A stretch of 64,000 bases of DNA from Candidatus Desantisbacteria bacterium CG1_02_49_89 (GCA_001871075.1 MNUP01000033.1:437-64436), one strand, 5' to 3'; shown: positions 47,397 to 57,899, counted from the stretch's first letter. Made by a program: numbers and translations. The notes: generated by a model from the letters alone, not told the origin.

Positions 47397-48137
47397 CTAT
47401 TCCTTTTTCTTTTCTTCCTTGCCTGTTCCGGTTTGCTTTTCCGCTCCCTCTTTCTTTTCACCCGCAGCCGCTGAAGAAGCTTTTTCGCCTTCCTCGCCCT
47501 TTTCTCCTTCCTCGCCTTCTTCTTTTTCCTTGCCGATAAGCTCGGGTTCCGCGACAACCTCTTCGACAGGCTTCTCTTCCTTCAGGATCGTAGGCGCTAT
47601 AACAACCACGACCAGCGAATCCGGCGGCGTAAGTATCTCGACCCCGGTGGGAACTTTCAGGGCGCCCGCAAGCACTGAATCTCCGATATCCAGCTGGGTT
47701 ACTTCAATAAGCAAGGTCTTCGGTATGTCTTTTGGGAGGCACCTTACTTCGATCTCGCGCAGTATTTCATCCAGCACCCCTCCCTTTTCCGTCACTCCTT
47801 TCGGCACCCCGGTTATCTCTATGGGAACGTTTATGTTGATCTTTTCCTGAAGCGAAACGCGGTAGAAATCCGCGTGTACTATCACGTCCTCAACGGGATC
47901 GTATTGCAATTCTTTCACCATGGCGGTTTTTCCCTTACCGTCAAACTTGATGCTGAGTATGACGTTTTCGCCCTTGGAAATAACCTTGCACAGATCGAGG
48001 AGCGATACTTTCAGGTGCACCGGCTTCTCACTCCTTCCGTACAGCACGGCCGGTATGAAACCGTGCATGCGCATTTTCCTGGATTCCGAAGAACCCAGGT
48101 TCTCTCTTACAGATGCATCCAGTTCAATCTGTTCCAT
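47397..48137 (-). CDS. rplY: 50S ribosomal protein L25 / general stress protein Ctc, with acidic/lysine-rich C-terminal tail
   Basis: RMHGFIPAVLYG motif. Ctc-type two-domain length. Confidence 0.85.
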   Translation of the reverse strand: MEQIELDASVRENLGSSESRKMRMHGFIPAVLYGRSEKPVHLKVSLLDLCKVISKGENVILSIKFDGKGKTAMVKELQYDPVEDVIVHADFYRVSLQEKININVPIEITGVPKGVTEKGGVLDEILREIEVRCLPKDIPKTLLIEVTQLDIGDSVLAGALKVPTGVEILTPPDSLVVVVIAPTILKEEKPVEEVVAEPELIGKEKEEGEEGEKGEEGEKASSAAAGEKKEGAEKQTGTGKEEKKKE

Positions 48138-48237
48138 TTTATTTCTCCTTACTTATTGTCTTTTTATCTTTAGACCGTAATTCGTCGTTTATCTGCAATA
48201 ATCACCGTAATCTCAGTTTAAATCACTGTAATCATTT

Positions 48238-49203
48238 TTAAACGAAGAGTGATGAGACCGATTCTTCCTCATGGATGCGCTTTATGGCTTCCGCGAGCAG
48301 GGGCGCTATCGAAAGGACCGTTACTTTCTTTGACTTCCTGCTCCTGGTAAGGCATATAGTATTTGTAACTATAACTTTTTTGATCTTGGATTTTTCAAGT
48401 TTGCTGATGGCTTCACCCGAGAATACGGGATGGGTGCATACCGCGTACACGGTTTTTGCGCCCTTGTGCATAAGCACTTCCGCCGCCTTTACTATACTCC
48501 CGCCGGTATCTATCATGTCATCCAGAAGTATCGCGTTCTTGTTGTGGACGTTCCCGACAACGTGGTGTATTTCCGCGATATTAGGGCCGGGGCGCCTTTT
48601 GTCTATTATTGCCATTGTCGCGTCCAGTCTTTTTGCGAACGCCCTTACCCTTTCCGCGCCGCCGGTGTCCGGGGAAACAAATACAAGGTCTGAAAGCTTC
48701 ATTTTTCTGATGTAATCTATGATAACGGGAGCCGCGAAAAGGTTGTCCACGGGTATATCGAAGAATCCTTGTATCTGCCCGGCGTGCAGGTCCATGACAA
48801 GGACCCTGTTCACGCCCGATATTGTGATCAGGTTTGCTACAAGCTTGGCAGTTATGGGCACTCTGGGCTGGGATTTCCTGTCCTGGCGCGCGTAACCGTA
48901 ATAAGGTATCACCGCGGTTATCTTATCTGCCGAGGCACGCCTGATCGCATCCACCATAATAAGCAGTTCCATAAGGTTCCTGTCAACCGGCGGGGATGTG
49001 GGCTGGACCACGAAAGTATCAGCTCCCCTTACGTTGTCGTTGATCTTGATCTGGATCTCCCCGTCGCTGAAAGTTTTGACGTCCGCGCTGCCAAGCTGTA
49101 TGCCAAGGCAGTCGCATATTTCCCTTGCAAGCGCGGGATTCGCGTTTCCTGTAAAAACCTTCAACTCTTTATGCATTTTTTCTCCTTTCCAATGAATAAG
49201 CAA
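48238..49203 (-). CDS. prs: Ribose-phosphate pyrophosphokinase
   Basis: [30 protein letters not shown]-binding loop. The true start is probably the internal Met at about 49176. Confidence 0.9.
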   Translation of the reverse strand: MLIHWKGEKMHKELKVFTGNANPALAREICDCLGIQLGSADVKTFSDGEIQIKINDNVRGADTFVVQPTSPPVDRNLMELLIMVDAIRRASADKITAVIPYYGYARQDRKSQPRVPITAKLVANLITISGVNRVLVMDLHAGQIQGFFDIPVDNLFAAPVIIDYIRKMKLSDLVFVSPDTGGAERVRAFAKRLDATMAIIDKRRPGPNIAEIHHVVGNVHNKNAILLDDMIDTGGSIVKAAEVLMHKGAKTVYAVCTHPVFSGEAISKLEKSKIKKVIVTNTICLTRSRKSKKVTVLSIAPLLAEAIKRIHEEESVSSLFV

Positions 49204-50671
49204 TAACTTTCAGCATGGCTGTAAGCTTTTTCCTGGTCGTTTCCTCGTTCTCTTCTATTTTTGCCTCAGCGAAGATCCTGGTAATGGGTTCTGTGTTTGA
49301 CGGCCTGAGCTGGACCCATGAGCGGTCGCCGAAGATCACCTTGCACCCGTCCCTGGTATCAATTTTTGCGCCTTTCAGGTCCAGCATGCGGATAGCGGAT
49401 CCCATACTTTCCTTGGTAGCCAGAGCCGGTATTTTATCCTTTATTAACATGTATTCCGGGATCTCTTTTTCGAGCTCTGCCAGAGTTTTTCCTGACCACG
49501 CAAGGTATGACAGAATAAGCGCCATGCCTGTTGCCGAATTCCTTCCGTAGTTCACATCCGATAGTATGACGCCCCCGTTTCCTTCAGCCCCAAACATGGA
49601 CCCGTGCTCCAGCATCGCTTCGATAACGTTTACCTCGCCTATTTTGGTGCGGATGATGTTTATCCCGTATCTCTCCGCTGTTTCCTCCCAGGCCGATGTC
49701 GAAGACAGGTTGACCGGTATCTGTTTCAGGGGTTTTGAGGGATTGCCAGCCTGCAGCTCCATCAGGAACCTGCCGCACAGCAGAGGTGTAAGCTCCTCGG
49801 TCTTCAGCGGCATTATGACCAGCCTGTCCTGGTCAGGGTCAAACGCAAAGCCGATGTCGGCTTTTTTTTCGATTACCGCCTTCCTGAGATTTTCAAGGTT
49901 CTGCGGCGCGGGTTCCAGGCTGCGCCTGGACCTTTCTATTTTTCCTTTATTTATGACCGTGATCCTGCTTCTTTTAACACCCAGCTCCAGAAGGAACCGG
50001 ACGGGTATTTCCGCGCTTTTTCCGCTGCAGGCGTCAACAACTATCCTGAAATTGCGTTTCCTGATCTTTTCCAGGATCCTGCTGCCGGCGCCTTTCGCCC
50101 CGGTTACGCGGTCAAGGGCGCGCGAAACCCCCGCCCTTACGTGCACGCAGAACTGCTCCAGGTATTTCTTTGCAGGCGGGCTGTGCGGCGGAACGTTTTT
50201 TGCCGGAGCGCGCGGGCCGGAGCTGGATGCCAGCCGCCTTCCGATCTCCCTCATTTCTTTTTCCCTTAAGAGTATGCCGTCATTACCAAAGAGCTTTATG
50301 CCGTTCCATCCAACCGGATTGTGGCTTGCCGTGATATTGATCCCTCCGGCTGTTCTATAATGTTTTACCGCCCATTCTGTCGCAGGCGTAGATGCTAAAC
50401 CGAGGTATATTACGTTTATTTTTCTGCCTTCAGCTACGGAGATCTCTTTTGCGGCAAGCACTACGCCCGGCACAAGGCCTTCACCCGAGGCCTTATCGTC
50501 CCTGGAAAGCACTATATCCATTTTCCGCTTGCGTGCCGCCGCAGCGTCAGGGATTTTTTTTAAGTACACGTCATAAAAAATGCGGGTGATCCTGCATACT
50601 TCAGAAAAAGTCAGGGTCTTCCCGACCTTTCCCCTTATCCCTGAAACCGAGCATATAAGCCTCTCCATCAT
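49169..50671 (-). CDS. Phosphohexomutase (PGM/PMM family; likely phosphoglucosamine-mutase function)
   Basis: SGIRGKVG. Active-site TASHNP. It lies adjacent to the GlmU-like gene. Confidence 0.75.
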   Translation of the reverse strand: MMERLICSVSGIRGKVGKTLTFSEVCRITRIFYDVYLKKIPDAAAARKRKMDIVLSRDDKASGEGLVPGVVLAAKEISVAEGRKINVIYLGLASTPATEWAVKHYRTAGGINITASHNPVGWNGIKLFGNDGILLREKEMREIGRRLASSSGPRAPAKNVPPHSPPAKKYLEQFCVHVRAGVSRALDRVTGAKGAGSRILEKIRKRNFRIVVDACSGKSAEIPVRFLLELGVKRSRITVINKGKIERSRRSLEPAPQNLENLRKAVIEKKADIGFAFDPDQDRLVIMPLKTEELTPLLCGRFLMELQAGNPSKPLKQIPVNLSSTSAWEETAERYGINIIRTKIGEVNVIEAMLEHGSMFGAEGNGGVILSDVNYGRNSATGMALILSYLAWSGKTLAELEKEIPEYMLIKDKIPALATKESMGSAIRMLDLKGAKIDTRDGCKVIFGDRSWVQLRPSNTEPITRIFAEAKIEENEETTRKKLTAMLKVIAYSLERRKNA

Positions 50672-52140
50672 TATCGAAGATCCTCTATGGAATCCAGTCC
50701 TTCAGGAAACGGCAGTATGTATCTGACAGGCTTGACGGTTCCGTCCTTGTTCCTGGCGCATTTGATGCGCTTGTTCTTCAGGACCGAATGCTCGATCCAG
50801 ACGTTATCCTCCACGATCGAACCGAAAATGTAACTGGTGCCTTTTATAAGGACGCCGTTCCCTATGCGGACAGGGTTTTCATCGCTCCCGGTCATATTCA
50901 CGGATGATTCTATGCGCGAGTTCCTTCCTATCTCAAGGTTTCCCTTGATGATGTCCCCCTGCAGGACCTCGCTCCCGCTGCCCACCTTGAGCGTCTGGCC
51001 GGGGTAGGCTGAAAGATGCGCCCTTTCCCCTATGCTCACGTTTTCCGCAAGCCTGACGTTCCCTTCAATCCTGGCGTTATCCTTGATCACAACGCCTGCG
51101 CCCAGGCTGACACCCTTACCAACATAAGCGCCCTTTCCGATCTGTATGTCCAGCATTTTGCCTTTTTTGTCAAGCTCAATTATTTCGCTGACAACTTCGT
51201 CCGCGATAAAAAAGTCCTCTCGGTTCTTGAGCGTGACTATATTTTTCAATTTTTCATAAACCCTGTCACGCGCTATTTCCTCCATCCTTTTTAGAGCTGA
51301 TTTGTCATTGAAGGCGAATACAACGTCATTCACGTTGGCCGTCACCACGCCCACAGGCAAGCGCTTGCCGTTCAGTATCTGGACCATATCAGTAAGGTAA
51401 ACTTCCTTTTGGACATTGTCCGGTTTTATGCTGCCTATGAAACTGAGAGCTTTTCCCTTGAGCGCGTAAACGCCGGAATTGAATTCTTGTATGTCCAGCA
51501 GGTATTCCCTGGCAAAAGAATATTCTTTTTTCCCGAACTTTGTTTTATAAGGTTTTCTGAGGCTGAGAATATCCTTGAACTCTTTTATCTCTATTATCCT
51601 CCCGAAAGCCTTCCTATCTTTTGACGGGACCCTAAGCATCCTGCCATACACATTCTCGAGCGGGTTCCCGCTGTAGATCCCTGAAAGTACCATCATATCG
51701 TATTTTGACTTTTCGAATTCATCATGAAAATCCCGGGTTGCTTCCGTTGTTATGAGGCCCATATCGCCGGGAAACACGTATATATTTTCAGGGCTGAACT
51801 GCTCTTTCTGCATATATTTTATGGCAATCTGGACAGCGTGGCCCGTGCCTTTCTGCTCTTCCTGGTAAACAAACGCCCTGCCCCTGCCCTTGCCTATGGT
51901 AGCGGCGATCTCCAGGGCATTTATCCCTACTACTACTATCTGGTTTACCGATCGCAGGCCCGTTCTTGTCGCGTCGGAAACACGCACAACGGTCGGCACG
52001 CCCCATATTTCATGCAGCATTTTCGGGGTATGGGATTTGATCCTTTTGCCGTGGCCTGCCGCAAGGATTATCGACAGATCCCTGCAGCCGCGGTCAAAAC
52101 CGGATGACAGTTTCGCAAGTTCTGTTTCAATGCCGCTCAT
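50671..52140 (-). CDS. Bifunctional sugar-1-P nucleotidyltransferase / acetyltransferase (GlmU-like)
   Basis: N-terminal LAAGHGKRIKSHTPKMLHEI nucleotidyltransferase. C-terminal left-handed beta-helix hexapeptide repeats. Confidence 0.7.
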   Translation of the reverse strand: MSGIETELAKLSSGFDRGCRDLSIILAAGHGKRIKSHTPKMLHEIWGVPTVVRVSDATRTGLRSVNQIVVVGINALEIAATIGKGRGRAFVYQEEQKGTGHAVQIAIKYMQKEQFSPENIYVFPGDMGLITTEATRDFHDEFEKSKYDMMVLSGIYSGNPLENVYGRMLRVPSKDRKAFGRIIEIKEFKDILSLRKPYKTKFGKKEYSFAREYLLDIQEFNSGVYALKGKALSFIGSIKPDNVQKEVYLTDMVQILNGKRLPVGVVTANVNDVVFAFNDKSALKRMEEIARDRVYEKLKNIVTLKNREDFFIADEVVSEIIELDKKGKMLDIQIGKGAYVGKGVSLGAGVVIKDNARIEGNVRLAENVSIGERAHLSAYPGQTLKVGSGSEVLQGDIIKGNLEIGRNSRIESSVNMTGSDENPVRIGNGVLIKGTSYIFGSIVEDNVWIEHSVLKNKRIKCARNKDGTVKPVRYILPFPEGLDSIEDLR

Positions 52141-52141
52141 T

Positions 52142-53332
52142 TCATCCTTCCTTTACCTTGAACTTGAACAAAATAAAAAAGACAACCGCGGAAATAGCCA
52201 TCGCTGAACCGAACAAAAACGCTATCCGGGGACCCATTCGGTCCCATAACATCCCCATTATAAGGCTTGAAGGCAGCGCCAGGAACCCAACTGTTGAGTG
52301 GTACATTCCGAAAGCGGTAGCCCTCTGTTCAGGCGGGACCAGTTTGGAAACAAACGCCCTGCTCACGCCGTCAGTAAGACCGTAATAGAATCCGTATATG
52401 ATAAAAAGCAGCCAGGTCAGCCATGCTGACGAAACAAACGCAAATCCCGCGTAAACTATCGCGTATATCAGGAACCCGCAGGTTATAACGCGCTTTGAGC
52501 CTATCCTGTCCGAAAGAACTCCTGCCGGGAAAGCCGAAAGCGCGTATGCCAGGTTGAACGCAACCCACAGCAAAGGCACGAATGCCGCATTTATGCCCGT
52601 GCTGCCCGCCCTGAGGATAAGGAACGCGTCGCTTGAATTTCCCAGGGTAAAAATCACTATGACAAAAAGGAACTTTTTAAGATCTGAAGATAACGACAGA
52701 TCTTTTTCTTTATGCTGCCCCTTAGCGGCCGGTTCGGCCGAAGGAGAAAACTGGGGTTTCTGCTCTCTGGTAAACAGAACCAGCACAACAGCCAATACCG
52801 CAGGTATAACCGATATTAAAAATATATTACGGTAACTGAATTTACAAAAATAAAGGAACAGAAATGCCAGGAGCGGCCCTACTACAGCACCTGCGGTATC
52901 CATAGACCTGTGGAAACCGAAGGCTTTTCCCCTGGTGCGCTCTTCGCACGAATCAGCTATAAGCGCATCCCTGGGCGAGGTTCTTGTTCCCTTTCCGATC
53001 CTGTCCAGAAACCTTAAGCCTAAGACGTGCCAGCCTTTTACGGCAATAGAAAGAAAGGGTTTACTGAATGCTCCTATGCTGTAGCCTGCAACAACGAAGA
53101 TCTTCCGTTTCTTAAGCCTGTCTGACAACCATCCGAAAAAAACTTTTAAAAAACTCGCTGTTGTCTCGGCTATTCCTTCAACCAGGCCTATGAATGCCTT
53201 GTTGACCCCGAGTATATTTGCAAGAAAAAGGGGCAAGATCGAATAATTCATCTGACTGGACACGTCCTCAGAGAAACTCGTCCAGCCAAGCAGTTTAATA
53301 TTTTTGTTCAGCTCTTTTTTGTTTTCATCCAT
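52142..53332 (-). CDS. MFS transporter
   Basis: 12-TM pattern. 396 aa. 2 nt downstream of the GlmU-like gene. Confidence 0.75.
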   Translation of the reverse strand: MDENKKELNKNIKLLGWTSFSEDVSSQMNYSILPLFLANILGVNKAFIGLVEGIAETTASFLKVFFGWLSDRLKKRKIFVVAGYSIGAFSKPFLSIAVKGWHVLGLRFLDRIGKGTRTSPRDALIADSCEERTRGKAFGFHRSMDTAGAVVGPLLAFLFLYFCKFSYRNIFLISVIPAVLAVVLVLFTREQKPQFSPSAEPAAKGQHKEKDLSLSSDLKKFLFVIVIFTLGNSSDAFLILRAGSTGINAAFVPLLWVAFNLAYALSAFPAGVLSDRIGSKRVITCGFLIYAIVYAGFAFVSSAWLTWLLFIIYGFYYGLTDGVSRAFVSKLVPPEQRATAFGMYHSTVGFLALPSSLIMGMLWDRMGPRIAFLFGSAMAISAVVFFILFKFKVKEG

Positions 53333-53587
53333 TTAATATAGTCAGATATATAAATAGAATTGAGAATTTAAAAACGGGTCGGCTTCGAACCATATTTAAA
53401 AGCTGAAAATGGATAATAGAGCAATAGACCATCCCGATGTAACATCGGGACTCTATTTTTTCGCTCTGCGAATGCTCAATACTGAGAATGGAAAATAGAG
53501 CAATAGACCGCAATTTCGCAATTCCTTTCTCTATTTTCTATTGTTCTATTGCTCCATTGCTCTATTTTTTCGCTCTGCGAAAAAATG

Positions 53588-53659
53588 AGCGGGAGACGGG
53601 ATTCGAACCCGCGACATCTACCTTGGCAAGGTAGCACTCTACCACTGAGCTACTCCCGC
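53588..53659 (-). tRNA. tRNA-Gly(GCC)
   Basis: GCGGGAGTAGCTCAGTGGTAGAGTGCTACCTTGCCAAGGTAGATGTCGCGGGTTCGAATCCCGTCTCCCGCT. Confidence 0.85.
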
Positions 53660-53770
53660 TTAAAATACAGTTGTCAGTTGTCGGTTCTCAGTTGTCAACT
53701 AAAAATCAAACTCTTTGATCTATTTTCAATTTTCCTTTGCTCGATTGCTCTGATCCCGATTTTATCGGGA

Positions 53771-53800
53771 TTTGCGAGGGAGAGGACTTGGTCCTTTGTG
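53771..53800 (-). pseudogene. tRNA-Leu 3'-end remnant followed by the family post-tRNA hairpin
   Basis: TTTGCGAGGGAGAGGACTTGGTCC mimics the tRNA-Leu(TAG) 3' end TCTGCGAGGGAAGGGACTTGAACCC. No complete cloverleaf. Confidence 0.3.
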
Positions 53801-54029
53801 AATCTTCGCCAGAACCGGGTGAAGTCTCAGATTCACCCGGAGCCGGGGAATTTTGCTGACGCCCCGATGGTAGTCATCGGGGCTTTACCAGTGGCGCAAA
53901 ATTCCTTTCAAGTCTTTGTCAAAACTTGAAAATGGAAAATTGAACAATAGACCGCAATCTCCTTAAGTATTTATCTATTGCTCTATTCTCTATTTTCGAT
54001 TGCTCCGATTTTTCGCCTCGCGAAAAATC

Positions 54030-54111
54030 TGCGAGGGAAGGGACTTGAACCCCTAAGCCTTTCGGCATACGGTCCTAAGCCGTACGCGTATACCAGTTCC
54101 GCCACCCTCGC
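54030..54111 (-). tRNA. tRNA-Leu(TAG)
   Basis: GCGAGGGTGGCGGAACTGGTATACGCGTACGGCTTAGGACCGTATGCCGAAAGGCTTAGGGGTTCAAGTCCCTTCCCTCGCA. Confidence 0.85.
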
Positions 54112-54174
54112 TTACAATCTATTCTCCATTTTCTATTTTCGGACTCTGAAAATAGAACAATAGAGCAATTGACC

Positions 54175-54260
54175 GTCCCGACCGTAGCCCGCCACGGTTA
54201 TTGGCGGGCGCAGGTCCCTGTGTTAAGTTCCGGTTTTATCGGAACTACAGGGATCGGGAC
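54175..54260. repeat. Structured element, copy 2 (spacer between tRNA-Lys and tRNA-Leu)
   Basis: Near-identical to 38353-38439. Confidence 0.45.
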
Positions 54261-54286
54261 TCTGATCTTTCACCTCGTGAAAGATC

Positions 54287-54358
54287 TGCGCTGCGCCGGA
54301 TTTGAACCAGCAACCTTGTCCTTAAGAGGGACCTGCTCAACCGTTGAGCTAGCAGCGC
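54287..54358 (-). tRNA. tRNA-Lys(CTT)
   Basis: GCGCTGCTAGCTCAACGGTTGAGCAGGTCCCTCTTAAGGACAAGGTTGCTGGTTCAAATCCGGCGCAGCGCA. Anticodon loop CTCTTAA. Confidence 0.75.
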
Positions 54359-54475
54359 ATATTACTACGATGAAAGAAAATAGAAAATGGAAAATAGACC
54401 ACAATCTCGCTATTCCTTAATCCATTGCTCTATTCTCTATTGCTCGATTGTTCTGTTTTTCCCGAAGGGAAAAAC

Positions 54476-54549
54476 AGCGCCCGGGGCGGCTCGAACGCCC
54501 GACCTGCTGCTTCGAAGGCAGCCGCTCTATCCATCTGAGCTACGGGCGC
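54476..54549 (-). tRNA. tRNA-Arg(TCG)
   Basis: GCGCCCGTAGCTCAGATGGATAGAGCGGCTGCCTTCGAAGCAGCAGGTCGGGCGTTCGAGCCGCCCCGGGCGCT. Confidence 0.8.
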
Positions 54550-54664
54550 ACGCATTCGTCTACACCCAACGCCCGGAGCGAACTTCCATTAATACCCTCA
54601 GGGTCCATTAATAAATATATTAGTATATCATAAATAATAAAAAATGTCAAATAAAACCAGGAAG

Positions 54665-55111
54665 CTATTTATTTTTATAAAATAATGATGTAAGTGTTTT
54701 TTTCAGCGCCGCAACGCCCTTTTCGTCATCGATCTTGTAGCTGTTTATAAGGAATTCCGCTATGGATTGCGCCATTGCGCTCGCCTGGTTATTCTCAATA
54801 GACAGATAGTCAACCCCGGTCTGCATTTTACCGGGCTCTGTCTCTTCGGACCACACTACCCTTCCGATCGCCTTTATTTTGTGCTCGGGAAACGCCAGAA
54901 TAATTTCCAGTATCGTATTGGGAGGTATTATCTCATTTGTAACTATGCACAGCCCGCTCGTGCTGAAATTCTTTGTGGAAGTATTATAAATTTTTTGCCC
55001 AAGGTTCTCAAAATCTTCTTTTGATATGTTAGAGAGCGCGCGGTATTTCACCGGGATTTTGCCGCTTATGCGGGGGAATGTTCTCCTTTCTTCGCCCTTC
55101 CAGTCTCCCAT
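54665..55111 (-). CDS. PilZ-domain (c-di-GMP-binding) protein
   Basis: RR..R motif (EERRTFPRI). D.S.GG-like (STSGLCIV). Confidence 0.7.
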   Translation of the reverse strand: MGDWKGEERRTFPRISGKIPVKYRALSNISKEDFENLGQKIYNTSTKNFSTSGLCIVTNEIIPPNTILEIILAFPEHKIKAIGRVVWSEETEPGKMQTGVDYLSIENNQASAMAQSIAEFLINSYKIDDEKGVAALKKTLTSLFYKNK

Positions 55112-55236
55112 TTCGCCTCCAGCTTTCTAATACAGTAACAAGTAACAAGTGACAAGTAACAAGTTTACAGCTTTTAACTGGATACTGGTCGCCACTACGG
55201 TCACCACTTCGGCGACCTGCCGACGCGGCATGGCGA

Positions 55237-55307
55237 CCCGCCGTAGTGTCAGCAAACTCTTTGCGAATAGCAAAGTTTTGAGTTTGCTGAGCATTCACGC
55301 AGGCGGG
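55237..55307. repeat. GAATA-loop covarying hairpin element, copy 1
   Basis: CCCGCCGTAG + stem CAGCAAACTC / GAGTTTGCTG + inner stem CTTTGC-GAATA-GCAAAG + ...GCAGGCGGG. It is homologous to 58224-58293 with compensatory stem changes. Confidence 0.4.
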
Positions 55308-55332
55308 ACACTGGCTACTGGTCACTGATTTG

Positions 55333-56982
55333 TTATTCGTAGGGCACGACTGCGGGTTCGCCGGTTTTTGAGGACTTTTCCGCGGCTTCTATCACCCCTA
55401 TGACCCTGCGCGCCTTTTCTGCAGTTATCTCAAGTTTTTCACCGAGCATCAAATGATCGGCAACGTTAACATAATACTCGTTCCAGAAAGAAGGTTTGTA
55501 CTTAATATCGGATTCAGAGCGAACTCCCTGGATCAACGAGCTCATATGGAAGGAACCCTTGCCCCATTCATCTGTTATTCCGCCTGTTTCTCCCAGTATC
55601 CTCCATCTTGGCTTGCCTATCGCGGCAATACTTGAAACCTGGATATCGGCATACGCGCCGTTCTCAAACCTGATAATGGCCTGCGTCTGGTCCTCGACGG
55701 TAACCGAGTGCCATACCCTCTTATGGAAAAATCCGGTTACGTTTTTTATCCCGGATGGTATCAAACCAAGGGTCCAAAATATAAGGTGGGCCCCCCAGTC
55801 ATAAAGAGCGCCTCCCGAGATCTTCTTGTCGGACCTCCACCAGTATCCCGGATGCCCGTAGCCGCCTATGAATATTTCCGTGTGGAAAATATTTCCGATC
55901 ATGCCTTTTTTCACCACTTCTTCTATTGCGAGGAAATCCCCGTCCCATCTCCTGTTGTGGAAAACTGACAGCATAACTCCGTTCTTTTTTGCCGCCCTTA
56001 TCATTTCCGTTGCTTCTTTTGTCGTCAGGCACATTGGTTTTTCAAGAACAACGCTCTTACCCGCGGCCAGGCAGTCCATTGCTATCGGGGCATGAGTATT
56101 ATGGGGCGTAATCACGCTGACCAGCCCTATTTCCTTATTCTTAAGCATTTTTTTGTAATCGGTATACGTGGTTATTGCGGGGAAATCTTTCTTTACCGCC
56201 TCCATTCTTCTGGCATTCAAATCGCACGCGCCAATGCCTTTTATCCCGGCTGCGTTCATCATATCAAGATGCGCCTTGCCCATATTGAATGCCCCGCCGT
56301 ATCCTATAACCGCCCCGCTGACCGTTTTATCCTCCCTGAAACCGGTTACAAAACGCGCGGCCCTTCCGACTATTTTCCGGAACGACGGATGCAGAAGCGC
56401 TGCGCCATCGTGGCCCAGGGCAACATAACAAACCTTCCCCTTTCCGCATTCTTTTATATAAACCATTGGCTGGGATTTCCCCTGCCAGAACGCAGTTGCC
56501 AGGATATGGACCGCCGGGTCATGATCAACAAAATACAACTCGTCTGAAACGCTGAAATCCTGGAGCCTTTTTGTCACAAGGCTGTCTCGGTCTGCGATAT
56601 TTACCTGAAACTCCTGGTAAGGCGCGTGGCCTTTGAATTCGCATCCGAGCATAGCCAGGTAATTCTTATTGCCTTTAAAGATTGAAGCGCAGTGGATTCC
56701 TACAAACCCGCCGCCCTTTTTAACGAAAGACATTAATAAGGATTCCTGCTCCGCTGTTAATTTACCCCGGCTGTATCCTTCCACCGGACCGTGCGCGTAG
56801 AAAATACACGCTTTAAAGGATCCCAGTTTTTCCGGAGTAATCGCGTCCATCCGCTCAACCAGCTCTGCGTCAAATCCCTCATCCTCTTTCAGGATATCCC
56901 TCAGGATAACTCCGGTTTTATGAAAATCGTGGCTCCTGGCATCCCCTTCAGCCACGATCAATATCCTTCCCCCTTCTGTCAT
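55333..56982 (-). CDS. ThuA-like (class-I glutamine-amidotransferase-like) domain fused to a Gfo/Idh/MocA oxidoreductase
   Basis: N-terminal ThuA pattern (ILIVAEGDARSHDF...). C-terminal GYGGAFNMGKAH Rossmann region + EKP. Confidence 0.75.
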   Translation of the reverse strand: MTEGGRILIVAEGDARSHDFHKTGVILRDILKEDEGFDAELVERMDAITPEKLGSFKACIFYAHGPVEGYSRGKLTAEQESLLMSFVKKGGGFVGIHCASIFKGNKNYLAMLGCEFKGHAPYQEFQVNIADRDSLVTKRLQDFSVSDELYFVDHDPAVHILATAFWQGKSQPMVYIKECGKGKVCYVALGHDGAALLHPSFRKIVGRAARFVTGFREDKTVSGAVIGYGGAFNMGKAHLDMMNAAGIKGIGACDLNARRMEAVKKDFPAITTYTDYKKMLKNKEIGLVSVITPHNTHAPIAMDCLAAGKSVVLEKPMCLTTKEATEMIRAAKKNGVMLSVFHNRRWDGDFLAIEEVVKKGMIGNIFHTEIFIGGYGHPGYWWRSDKKISGGALYDWGAHLIFWTLGLIPSGIKNVTGFFHKRVWHSVTVEDQTQAIIRFENGAYADIQVSSIAAIGKPRWRILGETGGITDEWGKGSFHMSSLIQGVRSESDIKYKPSFWNEYYVNVADHLMLGEKLEITAEKARRVIGVIEAAEKSSKTGEPAVVPYE

Positions 56983-57596
56983 TTATGCTCCTTTTTTGGT
57001 TCGTGCAGCCTTTCCATGTATTCTCCCGTGTGCGTGTCCACTATCACGGTTTCTCCGGAACTCAGGAATTGCGGCACTAATATTTCGGTTTTATTTTCCA
57101 GGACCGCCGGTTTCATCACGTTACCCGAAGCGTTTGTCACTGAAGGCAGCGTGCTTATTATTTTCATCTGAATGGTTGGAGGCATTTCCACACCCATCAT
57201 TTCGTCCTTGAAATAAAGCGCGTCAACCTCCATGTCAGGTTTTAAGAACAAAGCCCCCTTGCCAAGCTGTCCTTTTGTGACGCTTAACTGCTCGTAAGTT
57301 TCCTTATCCATGAAAACATATTTTTCCCCGTCCGCGTAAAGGAACTGATTTTTTCTGCGGTCGATCTCGACGTCATTAAATTTGTCCGTTGGTTTGAAGG
57401 TGTGCTCCGTGATATTTCCTGTCCTGACGTTCCTCAATTTTACCTTTGTTATGACTCCGGCTTTTGGCCCAGAAGTCTGCTGCTGGATCCAGATTATTGA
57501 GTAGATCGCTCCCTCGAGTTCAAGAACAAGGCCTTTCCTGAGCTGAGACGTCGTAACCATTGCACACCCCCCTTTAAAAACGGTGTCAAGCGGCAA
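56979..57596 (-). CDS. efp: Elongation factor P
   Basis: KGLVLELEGAIYSIIWIQQQTSGPKAGVITKVKLRNVRTG, with the KOW-like domain plus two OB domains. The true start is probably Met at about 57560. Confidence 0.85.
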   Translation of the reverse strand: MPLDTVFKGGCAMVTTSQLRKGLVLELEGAIYSIIWIQQQTSGPKAGVITKVKLRNVRTGNITEHTFKPTDKFNDVEIDRRKNQFLYADGEKYVFMDKETYEQLSVTKGQLGKGALFLKPDMEVDALYFKDEMMGVEMPPTIQMKIISTLPSVTNASGNVMKPAVLENKTEILVPQFLSSGETVIVDTHTGEYMERLHEPKKEHK

Positions 57597-57820
57597 GTGT
57601 CAGAATGTCAGAGCAGAATTATGGCTCTTTGACTTATATCTTCAATACTTTTTAATCAAGCCGCGTTTTCCTTTCTATATTTTCAATTGCTCTGTTTTCA
57701 GCTCTGCGAAATAAAATCTGAAAATGGAAAATAGAGCAATAGACCGAAATGTCGCTTCTTTTTTCTCTATTTTCTATTGTTCTATTGCTCCATTGCTCTG
57801 ATTTTCCCTGCGGGAAAATC

Positions 57821-57899
57821 TGGGGTGAGCGAGGGGATTTGAACCCCCGGCCACTTGGGCCACAGCCAAGTGCTCTAACCGGACTGAGCTACGCCCACC
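57821..57899 (-). tRNA. tRNA-His(GTG), with G-1 and 3' CCA encoded
   Basis: G-GTGGGCGTAGCTCAGTCCGGTTAGAGCACTTGGCTGTGGCCCAAGTGGCCGGGGGTTCAAATCCCCTCGCTCACCCCA. Confidence 0.85.

Noticed and set aside
55029-55325. 98-aa ORF between the pilZ and ThuA-Gfo genes
   Set aside because: It overlaps the pilZ 5' end and sits on the covarying GAATA-loop hairpin element and a heptamer array. The structured repeat explains it better.
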